A DNA stretch of 64,000 nt from Rhodosorus marinus CCMP1338 (taxonomy: Eukaryota; Plantae; Rhodophyta): assembly GCA_029953675.1 (NCBI GenBank), contig JAMWBK010000013.1:434001-498000 (forward strand), written 5' to 3'. Under the pieces are notes generated by a model, which did not search any database, was not told the origin of the DNA, and worked only from the letters and a program-made list of their open reading frames with translations. How positions within the stretch are numbered: position 1 is the stretch's first letter; each line of letters begins with the position of its first letter. The position numbers and the translations under genes are program-made. Positions 39,866 to 50,699 of this stretch are shown in pieces.

Positions 39866-40337
39866 ATGGCATCCTCCCCGCTGACAACGCATATTCTGGA
39901 CACCTCTACAGGGCTACCTGCAGAAGGAGTTGAGGTTTCATTGTTCCGGATCGCGGACAAGGAAATATTAACGGCTAGAACCAGGAGCGATAAGGACGGC
40001 CGATGTCCAAGGTTGCTGTCTCACGGGCAGCCCATCCTAGGTTAGACCAAAGCTTATGATATCGACTCGGGTTCGGGTGATGAGCCCTTTTGTCTTGGGA
40101 TCATGTAGTGTCTCTGACGCGACGATTGGATCGTCTACCATTCTGTGTCGTTCGAAATTTCAATGCCTAGGTACCTACAAGATCCGCTTCGAAGTCGCGG
40201 ATTTCTTTGCCAAGCGTGGCTCTTCATGCTTTTATCCTTATGTTGAGATCGTATTCAATATTCTTGACGCTACCCAGCACTACCATGTTCCGCTTCTGAT
40301 CAGCCCCTTTGGGTATACAACGTACCGTGGGAGCTGA
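39866..40337 (+). CDS. uraH: 5-hydroxyisourate hydrolase (transthyretin-like protein); one intron
   Basis: [53 protein letters not shown] (signature C-terminal YRGS). Confidence 0.96.
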
Positions 40338-40893
40338 CGCCCAGACTCAAGAGTGGCCACCTCGACAATCTTCGTTAATTGTCTTCGATCCAGTGCTGAG
40401 TTTTCGGAACCACATTTAACCTGAATCTCGCTTGCGAAGATTTAAGAAGCATTATCTCCCGTAAAATGCATACAAGTTTGTTCTAATCGCGCTTTCCGCG
40501 AGGCGCACTCTTGACTGCCTTCCGAGCATATGCAGGGAACGAAGACTTGCGGCCTTACAATAGTAGCGCTGAAGTTACGCAACGCCTTAGCTGAAGTAAA
40601 AGAACATGTCTGTCAGCAGTTGTCCAGGCTGCTACTGAGACGTCAATTTTAGAGGAGCATGATCTAATGGGGCGTGCGAACCTCTGCGGACGATAAGCAG
40701 AACCCTTTCCTCAGCAAGCTACTGAAACGCGTGGCTGACTTGTAAATTTCTCAGACTGGGGCTTGAATCCTTCGGCCCAGGGTAGTAAAGACTTCTACCA
40801 CCCCTGAGGATGAAACAGGAACCCCGACGGCTAACTACGAGGAGACAACCTCATCGGCGAAAGGATCGGAGAAGTCGTCCAATGAAGGCATGC

Positions 40894-43126
40894 CAACTGG
40901 AACTTCTTCTTCTGCGGCAACCACTGGGTCAACCTCCACTAGAACAGGTTCAGGCGCAGGACGAATCCCCGGTGCAGAGCCTCGAGAGCGGTCAAATACA
41001 GCTCGCCAGTCAGGAAGACGGGGTTTCGGGGAGACTAGTACGGGAATTCAGGGCGGTTTGGAGCTCCAGAAACAAGTCTAGGGCGGTTTGGAGCTCCAGA
41101 AACAAGTCTTGGGCGCTTTCCGGTACGCTGGGAAGCAAGACACCCCGCGAGAGGCTCGCCATCAAATTGCGGAACTTCGAGATACCCAAACTGCTCAAAG
41201 TGGGAAGTGCGGTTCCCCAGGACCCTACTGCGGCTGCGGGTTGGACCACAACACGGTTGCAGAGTCCCAGTCACCCCAATCGCAATGGGAGGCCTACCTG
41301 GGCGCGCACAACATCACAGGTGGGTCGCGACACTCTAGCGCTCGCCTATGATCGTCTACGCTCCTTGGCTTCGCGGGTTGACTTGGAGGTTAATCATCAC
41401 AAATCGTTCTACTGGGGAGGTGTAGCTGCACAAGAGCAGCAGGTACCTGCGTCGTTCCAGGATATTTGGAGACCGGATGGTTTTGTCCACTTAGGCATCC
41501 CCTACGGGTCGCCGTCCTTCGTTGAAGGCGAGTTGCTGCAGCTCCTCGGTAAGCACAGACAGCTGGTTGCAGAGCTTCGACGGCTACCTCCGGGCTTCCT
41601 CCAGTGCTCGTTGTTGTTGTTTCGGTATTGTTGCAGTCAGCGGTAAACCTCTTGGCTCCGCTCACTTCCAACTCATTGGGCGGTGGTTGGCCACTCGTGC
41701 GGATGCTGAAAGTTTCCGTGACCTTGGGTATTTTCTCGATGAGGAGCTGAGCGCTCTGTCGCGACCCACCTGTGATGTTGTGCGCGCCCAGGTAGGCCTC
41801 CCATTGCGATTGGGGGGACTGGGACTCTGCAACCGTGTTGTGGTCCAACCCGCAGCCGCAGTAGGGTCCTGGGGAACCGCACTTCCCACTTTGAGCAGTT
41901 TGGGTATCTCGAAGTTCCGCAATTTGATGGCGAGCCTCTCGCGGGGTGTCTTGCTTCCCAGCGTACCGGAAAGCGCCCAAGACTTGTTTCTGGAGCTCCA
42001 AACCGCCCTGAATTCCTGTACTAGTCTCCCCGAAACCGTTCAACCCCGTCTTCCTGACTGGCGAGCTGTATTTGACCGCTCTCGAGGCTCCGCACCGGGG
42101 ATTCGTCCTGCGCCTGAACCTGTTCTAGTGGAGGTTGACCCAGTGGTTGCCGCAGAAGAAGAAGTTCCAGTTGATCCTCCTGATGATTCCCAGCGCTCTG
42201 GGAGCCGAGCTCAAGCACGCACGGATGCGTGCAAAATATCCTTTCTTGGGACTTGCACCGTGCTGCATATGGCCGACTCCTCGCGCAGATGGTCTCACGT
42301 TCTCGCGCTCGCGCCCGCCTACGTAGTCTTGGAGGGTCTATTAGCTCTCAGTGGCTCATGACCGTACCAGCCTTTCCGCCACTCACACTGTCGGATTTCG
42401 AAGTGCGTACTTCACTGCGCTTATACCTCGGCTTACATCAGCCCCCCTGGCCGTACGAGATGGGTTCGTCGTGCCCTCTCTGCTCTCAGACTGAAGACAA
42501 CGCAGATTTTGGCGCCCACCTGCTCGCTAGTTGCCCGGCGGTGAAAGGTGCTCGAACCCGCCGCCATACACGGATCTTGAACCTGTTATACCGGGAACTT
42601 CGGCCTATAGTCCGGCAGGCCGGTCTGGAAATCGAACGTGAGAAACCTTTACCTGTCGCGGACTTTCAAAATGATGAACGCCGTGTAGCCGACCTGGTGA
42701 TCACCTGTGACGACAGCCGCCGTACCACATACGTTGATCTTGCTGTTCCTAATCCTCAAGCTAGTCGTTATCTCCCGGCTGCGGGGGAGCGCCGTGGATC
42801 TGCCGCCGCCAGTATGAGACGCCGCAAAGAGATCAAATACGCGGGGGCTTTGTCTTCCCCTGGTGTTCGTGCTTCGGCACTAGCACATCGCTTGGTACCC
42901 CTGATCATTGAGTGCTTTGGGGTCATGGACTCTGTTGGTTCTCGCTGGCTTCGGGAGTTGTTCCGCGAACGCCCTGACCGTCTTCAATCGTTGTTTACCC
43001 GCTTAAGTTTCCTGCTGTGGCGCATGAATGCCGCTTTGATGTTGGAGGCGCGAGTTCTTCGCCGCACTTAGTCTTTTTTCCCCCTCGGGGTATTTTCTTT
43101 AAGCCTCCGATTAAACCATTCGCTCG
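40894..43126 (+). mobile_element. CRE-like non-LTR retrotransposon family 1, degenerate copy A; 5'-truncated with an inverted duplicated segment at its 5' end
   Basis: 41329-43071 is colinear with the intact 60869-63019 ORF but has a TAA at 41644-41646 and frameshifts near 41680 and 42229. CCHC finger and RLE present. 40894-41332 is the reverse complement of 41757-42173. Tail cagcctccgattaaaccattcg-like at 43102-43126. Confidence 0.93.
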
Positions 43127-44113
43127 ATCATACGCGAAAGAGTCAAAAATGCTTCCAAGAAAAAAAGATGCACTTTCGGCTACCGTTTGGGGTAGTGGAA
43201 AAAGTTGATTTTTTTAAAAAATATTTCAGTATGTCTGTTGTGGAACACAGCAAAACAGATTTTCCAGTTCAGAAGAGGAAATGCTGCTTCATGGTTCACA
43301 ACCGCAGAAAGCTTTTTCAATCTCCCTCAAGATGCTGATGAACTCTTTGCCTTCTAACAGTTTCTCTAAGAAAACTGATCCGAAGCTTGTGCAGTTGCAC
43401 AACTTCAAACGCCAAAAAAAGACAAAACGGAGTTGTGATTTCCGTCAATACCTTCTAGGAAAAGGAAACGAACTCCAAGAGCTTGCCCATGCTAAAAGGG
43501 TGAACCAAGACTCCACGTTGACAAGCTAGTGAAGCATCCGCTTCTATCTTCGTCCCCCCTCACCCCCTCAACCTTACAGTGCTCTTGTGAGAAGAGCGAT
43601 CAGTCCAATTCCGGCAAACAAGTTTTAATCATCTGCAAGCAGGGGAATCACCCAAGCCAGAGTCGAGTTCAAGCAACTCTTCTCCCCATAGTTTGTAGAT
43701 CCCCTGCCCTCTGTTTCACCGCCTCCGAAGAAACGCTTCCCCATCCTGTCAACGGACCGCTTTCCAATCACAAAAGGCTTCCCTACTGTTGCTGCCTCCC
43801 TGCTCCCACCAGAACCAGACTACGATTCTGAAAATCAGAAACCTCGAAAACAGACTGGTAGGGCATCAAAGCAAAAAAATTGATTCCCCACGTAACCGCC
43901 CCGCGAACCCTTTAAAACACGTGCATTTTCCCATTCTCCACTAAAAAAACCGAGATAGCCACTAAAATTTACTCCCCGCCTAGCCAAAATGTTCAACGGA
44001 TCGCCTGTCGCTCACTATTTTAGTCCCAACTGATTCCTTACAAAATCCTCGAAATCCGTTAGTAAACGTGACAAAAAGCTACCACATTATCGAATGCTCA
44101 CTTGATGGTCCAC

Positions 44114-44159
44114 ACAAGCAAGATAGACTTGTTCCCTGCAACAAGTCTATCTTGCTTGT
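44114..44159. repeat. Perfect hairpin, 20-bp stem, 6-nt loop
   Basis: acaagcaagatagacttgtt-ccctgc-aacaagtctatcttgcttgt. Confidence 0.95.
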
Positions 44160-44301
44160 TTAGGGTTTTTATGCTGGGTGCTGCGTGGGAAAACTCCTCC
44201 CGCCTACGGATTTCATAGGTCGACGCAATCAACATGGTTGTTGAGTGACTGGACTTAGCAACCAGACTGGTTTAGTACACTACAAGACCACCTAGGGAAT
44301 T

Positions 44302-44738
44302 AGGTGGTACTGAGATTGTACTAAACAGGCTGTCTCGTGAGTACTAACAAACGAAAATATAATCAGAATAGATGATTGTAGATACTATCCCCGCTCAGTT
44401 AGGATTAGCTTTTGTTACGCCTGCTTCGGCATGAACGTTTTCCTAAGTCCCGTGATGTCCATTTCACCTGCTCGCACCCTTCCGCGTCTAGCCGATGCTC
44501 GTTGTAGCTTAGGGTATTAGCTAGGTGGTACTGTAGTGTACTAAACCAGGCTGGCCCGCGAGTACTAGCAAACGAGAATATAATCAAAATAGATGATTGT
44601 AGATACTATCCAGGCCCGGTTAGGATTAGGTTTTGCTACGCCTGTTCCGGCATGAACGTTTTCCTAAGTCCAGTGATTTCCATTTCACATGCTCGCACCC
44701 TTCCGCTTCTAGCCGATGCTCGTTGTAGCTTATGGTAT
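44302..44738. repeat. Diverged tandem duplication, unit about 218 bp
   Basis: taggtggtactg..gtactaaac..aatagatgattgtagatactatcc..ggcatgaacgttttcctaagtcc..ctagccgatgctcgttgtagctta.ggtatt occurs twice. Confidence 0.9.
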
Positions 44739-44915
44739 TCCCCGGATACAATGATATGTCGACACACCTTCCCATGAAGTGGGGGAGGAAAGAGAAGTGA
44801 GAGGGAGGGAACGAATCCGGGTTGGTGTTGCAAGGAAGAAATGTACATTCAACCTTGATTTGTTAGCAAAAACCACTCTGTTTTATCTACTACTCAGCTT
44901 TAGGACGGGGAATAT

Positions 44916-44946
44916 CGAAAAACCCGACCCACTTGACCCAACCCTA
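44916..44946. mobile_element. Solo terminal inverted repeat of the same family as the MITE at 58606-58727
   Basis: cgaaaaacccgacccacttgacccaacccta matches the MITE right TIR cgaaaaacccgacccactttgcacaacccta. No partner end found. Confidence 0.7.
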
Positions 44947-45302
44947 TTAGTTGGCTATTAAACAGTAGTTGCCCGCTAGCTCTTTTCTCGTTGATGAGGC
45001 TCCTCCTCTTTTTGTTCCAGCTACCTTTCTACTACACAGTAAAACTCTGACTTAAGCACAGAGGCTAGTCCTCGAATCCTAAGTCTAAATCTGAATCAAT
45101 TCCGCACAAGTCACGCTTCGCTGTCTCATCTAGAAACGCATCCAAAAATAGCACCTACGGCATCGGATACGGTTCGAAACCAATCTACGCATTCTAAGTC
45201 CATCAAGAACACTTGAAACCTCTTACGACTCTACATCAAGTCCCAAAACTCTAGATGAGCTATCTGTTTTCAATTCCAATGTTCGCCTTCCCACATGGGG
45301 CC

Positions 45303-45422
45303 GTTCGACCCCCGGGTTTGGCACCAGCTGCTCAATTCAGTTGCCTTCGATTCCCAATGAGACTAGTTCGACTCCGAGTTTAGCACCAGCTGCTCAATTC
45401 TTTGTCTTTGATTCCCACTGAG
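45303..45422. repeat. Two 63-bp tandem units, each starting with a tRNA-3'-end-like sequence including CCA (reads as an LTR-end + PBS on the minus strand)
   Basis: gttcgacc-cccgg-gtttggc-a-cca at 45303-45326 has exact T-loop/T-stem/acceptor/discriminator/CCA spacing. The second unit at 45366-45388 is 1 nt shorter. Confidence 0.6.
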
Positions 45423-45681
45423 GATGAATCCTCAACAGATTCATCATTAATACTCTTACGCGTCGGACTGTAGAGGCTCCAACCTCGAGATTGTTGACAA
45501 AACCTGAATGTGTTTATTCGTGCTAGGAATCGGTCTGGTCGAGCTGGACAGAGACCAAGGTACGACGACCAGGATATGTGGATTACGTAACCAAGAATTC
45601 GGAGACTGAAAGAAAAAAAATTCTAGAGGAAGAAAGGCTACTCGCAAGTAGCACCAAGGACACACATAATCATGGCTTTTC

Positions 45682-47950
45682 TTAACTGTTTATTGTGGCA
45701 AAGAGAATCTCACAGTCTGCGTTCTTCAGTGAGCCGCCAGTGTAAACTCCATTCCCCATAACGCGAAGAGAGCCATTGTGCCCAGGCCGTGAAAGTTTGA
45801 TGTAGCCCTCTCTGGTAATGATCGGATAGAACATGGTGCGCAATAGCAGATGATTTTTCTCCAGTCGCTTCGACCCTTTCAGAGCCCGATACAATCAGCC
45901 GCTTTTCAGAAGCTTTCGATCTCAGCTGAATGAAGCCTCTGGGGTATTTGTGAGCGGGTGTTGTAGCAACTTCGAAGGCAACCGGGTCCGTTTCCTTGTT
46001 CTGCCAGTTCTTTGTTGCAGTGATATTACCGTTTTGAGTAGACTCGACAAGGACGTTTTTCGAGCTCATGCGAAGCACAACTTCGCTTCCAATGAGGGGG
46101 TGCTCAGAATGGATCCTTGGGATCCGCAGCTTTCTATCGGGTTGTTTCGAAGGCGTGGAGATAATCTCCCATCCGTCAAGGTTGGTCTCACGTGCCTGTA
46201 CCTTGGGAAATCGGATAGAAGCGCAACCGATCCACTCCCGAGGTTCCCGATTTCAAAGCGATGCCGTGTGTATCGCGGATCAACTGCTTGTGTAACTGCT
46301 TTCAGAACAACCTTCGATGTTTCCAATTCGTTGAGGGATGCCACCATACCGCTTCGCACCGACCGGAGGGCAAACGCGGAATCTTCCTATTTGTCTCTTA
46401 AGGACATCCATTCGCTAAGGGCGGGGTTACCGATCTTGCGTCAGCGTAGATCTTGCCGAACGACCGTATGTACCGATGAATCTCCTCAGATTTGGTCGCA
46501 ATCACATTTCCAGATAGGACGTCCTTGAAGGTCCGAGGCCGGTTGATAACCAGTTCCGCAAATCCGACCGGACGGCGTGTTATGGGATAGGTACGGTTGG
46601 CTGCTTTTCGCCAATATGAAACAGTCACCCACAAATGCCCATTCAATTGTACCGCGAGCATCGAGCTTAACAAACCATGCCCCCTTGAGCCGTGCCATCT
46701 TGTCCTGACCTTCCTCAGAATCGGAGGTGCCGATGAGAAGAACACCGCCATCATCCTCGGGCTGAAGATAGTACAAAAGCTCATCTCCAGGGGCCTTCTC
46801 GGTCTTGGTCCACAGTAACTTTGATGTCAGCTTGTAAACTCTGTAGGCCCCCTGCTTTGTCTTCTCCTCGAAAAAAGCGTGTGGAAACCCTGTGGTGCAT
46901 CCAGATTAGTAGCCGCTGTCCGTAGATAGAACCGGACTTTGTGTCCGATCTGCCTGGCAACCCTTCGGCAAAACCTTTGTCCACAACTTCCGCCCTCCCG
47001 GTGTAATCTTGTGGAGGGCCACAGCATTAAAATAGTTATTAGTTGTTAAAAGAACGTTTCTGTTTTCTTCCTCAACGACTCCACCGCCGAGATTTTTCCG
47101 TAGTTTGCTGGAATAGCGTCTCGGATCTCCCACAGGACCTTCCCTCTAGCACTGTATTTGACCGGGAAGTCATTGCCACAACTGATCCATCACTGAAAAC
47201 GGCGAGGCTCCCTTCATTGTATTCGCCTTCATGAAGGCTGAATAGAGCCCTCCAGAGAAATCGTCAGTTTGAATCGTACTTTCGGACGTAGTCCGAAGGA
47301 AGAGGTCGAGATTGGTGTCCGGATACTCATTTCTGAAAGACCCTGCCCAAGGACAGCTTCGGCCGTACTCGCAAGGGAACGCTTTTGTAATCGAGCACCA
47401 GGAGAGCCTCTTTCAAATACTTCTTGTTTTGAGCCGTTTTCAGCTCCGTCTCAACGATCCTTGTAACTGTTGGAACGTCAAACACGGACGAGTCCCAGGT
47501 TCCTAGCACCTTGACTAGCACCTAACGAAGGCGAGGAAACGTTTTCAGCATCGTTGAGCACCCTTCCAAGTAGTAGTCGTTCCAAAATACCTCTGAGTCT
47601 CGCGCAGTCAAGTCAGAAAGAATTTGTGTAACTCCTCCTTCGGGAGCCGCAACGTCTTCAACGAAACTACCATCTTCAGCCCACGCAACAACCTCGCATC
47701 CACCTTGTAACAATCGAGCCTTTGACAATACCTCAGTGTTTCTGTCAAATTGACTGTACTCGCAGGTGCTTGCATTGTCAAGTGGAATAGTAACGAGGGC
47801 AAAGCTCCCATCCGGCAATTCCTTAATAGCCATGATTCTAAAATCCAGAAGGTTCCCCCGAAAAGAAATCATGTGGTGCATCAATTCCACAAGCCCCTTC
47901 AGTCGACCAAAGCGAAGAAAAACAACTCCACTACACCTTTCCGCTAGTTT
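45682..47950 (-). pseudogene. Fragmented gene for a beta-propeller-like repeat protein (several stops and frameshifts)
   Basis: Successive minus-strand fragments: IMAIKELPDGSFALV, EGSLAVFSDGSVVAM, ALHKITPGGRKLWTK, LQPEDDGGVLLIGTSDS..AWFVKLDARGTIEW. In-frame TAG at 47522-47524 with the frame continuing. Confidence 0.6.
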
Positions 47951-48141
47951 TGCACTTGGGGTGGTTGTCTGCCTTCCAAAATTGCCGATTTGAGTTTCTC
48001 CCTGGTTCCTAGTTCCCTTTTCCGGCCTGCGCTTTCTTCAGGCTATGCTGGTAAAACCGCAATCGCGATGAACTCGCGCGTCACCTCCGCCGGTGGCACC
48101 TTCATGATCTTCAAGTCGAGCCTTTCGGGTTTTTTGAGAGT

Positions 48142-48650
48142 AGTCGTCTTCGACCAGACATTGTCGTTCGTTATCACCGCACAGGTAAGCAGTACGTAAT
48201 AGACGTCAAGGTGGAATCGGCTCTACGAGCCCAACTCCTCGTTCGAGCCGCATGTCAAACTGGTTATGCCGCAGCCAACGCCGAGGCCGGGAAACGAGCC
48301 AAGTATCGGGAAGCCATCGGTGACCACAATGACTTCCAATTTGTACCCTTCGCCGTCGAAGGGTTTGGAGACTCGGCCAAGCGGCCCAGGACTTCATTAC
48401 CGAAACTACTGCACATCTTGAGCACAAAGCGGAGGCGCAAACGCTCATTCGCGTGGACATTAACCGAGAGCTATGGCGCGGCACGGCTCGCTTGGCGATC
48501 GATGCCATGCGCAAAGATAATCATGTTCGGAAGCTGTTCCCTATGGAGGTAGTCTTCTACCCCACTCTGGGTCTCCTTAGCCTAGCCCCTCCTGTTTTCC
48601 TTGCGTCTCTCTAGCGCTATATTCGGTGGTTGGAATAAACGGAAACAGTA
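48142..48650 (+). mobile_element. Third, divergent RLE-type non-LTR element; 3' fragment (family 3)
   Basis: RLRPDIVV..YVIDVKV..GYAAANAEAGKRAKY..FQFVPFAVEGFG is a canonical RLE signature. Frameshift near 48380; AATAAA near the putative end at about 48635. Confidence 0.8.
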
Positions 48651-49409
48651 AAACCACGACCTGCCTCGTGCACCATCTTTCTCAACTCCTAATCCCCTCC
48701 ACACGCACTTGGAGAGTGACAAACTAGTCAGGTGGGGCTCAAAGCCCCCCATTAAGTATCCTGGCAGGGCAGCTCACGCTCCCTTTGGAACATACCTATA
48801 TCTACATCTTCTCCTGCACCTCTAGCCCTACGGCAAAGATGTTCATTAAAAGATGTCGGTTTACTCGCAGCCTAAGGTCCCCGAATGAGCGACTCCTTGA
48901 AGGGTGTGTACAGAGCTCGCTTCCACAACTAGGGCAGCTTTACATCGCCAGAGAGTGTCAGGCTCAAGAAATATACAGTCGAAAAAGAATATCAGGCCGG
49001 TAACCTCAACACTCCCTCAACCAAGCACCCCAAGCACTATCTAAGAATCCGAAGATGTGGACAAGCCACATTAAGAGCGTTTTCTCGATTAAACCATTCG
49101 TTCGTTCTCTACTGGTAAAAACCACCAAATGAGAACTCGTCTAATTAGATCCGCATATTTTCATCTGTTTTTCTAGAATCCCAAATGAGAAAAAATCGAG
49201 TTTTGACCTTTAGCTGGCTTTCAGTTGTCGCAATATATGCTGAATGAATTTGTTCAACACTGTAAATCTATGCTGAGGTTCGGTAGTGTTTCAACAGAAG
49301 GATTTACAGTTTCAGCGTGCTCACCTAAAAGGAAAGGCTTTCTGCTTCAAGTAGAAGGCCTCCCTCAGTTGGCACATGAACGAATGGTTTAATCGGAGGC
49401 TGAAAGAAA

Positions 49410-50583
49410 GGGCTTTGCTAGCATAGCATGAAGCGCTACGCAAGGCGTGAAAAGGAACTAAGAACTAGGGAGAGAAGCGTGCAAACCCAGGTGCCGATGG
49501 CGCGCCTCGGCAAGCATGCTGCTAGAATATCGCCGCAGGGTGCACTCAAACGCCGTAAAAGCGCCAAGTACTCAGTAGGATGCTCAGCGAAACATTTCCA
49601 CAACCACTCTAAACTCGAATTATCCACATGACCAAAGCTTTCCACAATGAAAGGCCGGAACTGGTGGGAGCGACCCTCGGCGTAGGGCAGACTGGCCATG
49701 CTCGCAGCATACCGTCGTTCCTTCACTCGTCGAACGAACGAATGGTTTAATCGGAGGCTGAAAAAAAAACCCCGAGGGGAAAAAAAGACTAAGCGCGGCG
49801 AAGTACTCGCGCCTCCAACATCAAAGCGGCATTCATGCGCCACAGCAGGAAACTTAAGCGGGTAAACAACGATTGAAGACGGTCAGGGCGTTCGCGGAAC
49901 AACTCCCGAAGCCAGCGAGAACCAACAGAGTCCATGAACCCAAAGCACTCAATGATCAGGGGTACCAAGCGATGTGCTAGTGCCGAAGCACGAACACTAG
50001 GGGAAGACAAAGCCCCCGCGTATCTCGTCGAAGAGCCGAAGCGGCTGCCCCTCGGCGGCGGGCGGGGGCCGTGAGGTGGGCGCTCGCCACAGGGCATGTA
50101 ATCGCGAGGTCAACATATGAGGAGCGTCGGGCGGCAGGGTCTGATACAAGAAGATCTACGATACAGCGGGCCGGCGCCGTGTCCGAGACCGATCTGGGTA
50201 GTTCCGATTCCACCTCAACCGTATGCCCTACCCGAGTTAAACATTCGCTTAGGATGTACTTGAGACGAGTGTGGCGCCTCGTTCGTAGACCTCGCAACAA
50301 TCCGCATGAACCCAAGAAGTGGTAGCCACAAGCGTCAATCCGGCTCTCACATCCCTGACAGAAAGACGGCCGATTAGAGTGCCACGGGGCTTGTGGCAAA
50401 CCTAAGTAGATTCGTGCGGCAGAGCGGAATTGGAAGGCATCGAGACGGTGACCCGGCGACGAAGGCGGAGTGGTTAACCACAGGTGCGAAAGATGGCCTC
50501 CCATGCCGCGAAGGCGAGCGGCGGTGGTAGGCGGTGTGAGGGGAGAGTTGAGCAAGATTGCGTGAACTGGACTTTAGCGCCAA
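49410..50583 (-). mobile_element. CRE-like family 2, 5'-truncated copy interrupted by a family 1 insertion
   Basis: WLTTPP..LDAFQFR.A.RIYLGL, CQGC..H..SC finger, RRH, VDL.D..YVDLAIT and FRPFIVESFG. Tail ctatgctagcaaagccc. Confidence 0.9.
49735..50023 (-). mobile_element. Family 1 3' fragment (289 bp) nested in family 2, 9-bp TSD
   Basis: Near-identical to the end of the 60.8 kb copy. Flanked by ctcgtcgaa at 49726-49734 and 50024-50032. Confidence 0.93.
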
Positions 50584-50699
50584 GTGCTTGTTTGCGAGAT
50601 CCAAATAGTTTTCTGACGGAAGTGAAACCGGATCACCCCAATTTCTTGAGGGGAAATGATTGATTTTGGGGGTTGTGTTGCGACCTCGATATCACCGCC

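Noticed and set aside
1469-40337. Metabolic gene cluster (GATases, HGD, PPO, quinone reductase, HIU hydrolase)
   Set aside because: The enzymes belong to unrelated pathways and are interspersed with chaperone and regulatory genes.
41390-42043. Antisense ORFs in family 1 (also 61898-62553) as a second element gene
   Set aside because: They are broken at different places in different copies and look like shadows of a GC-rich coding strand.
43230-43880. Broken protein-like frames after copy A (possible gag remnant)
   Set aside because: No diagnostic motif such as a zinc knuckle; too degraded to call.
44114-44175. Hairpin as a Helitron 3' terminus
   Set aside because: No CTRR end at the expected distance on either strand.
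45171-45181. GGTTCGAAACC B-box as a tRNA gene or SINE
   Set aside because: No A-box, T-stem pairing or cloverleaf; the 45303 and 45366 units also lack 5' halves, so no complete tRNA is called.
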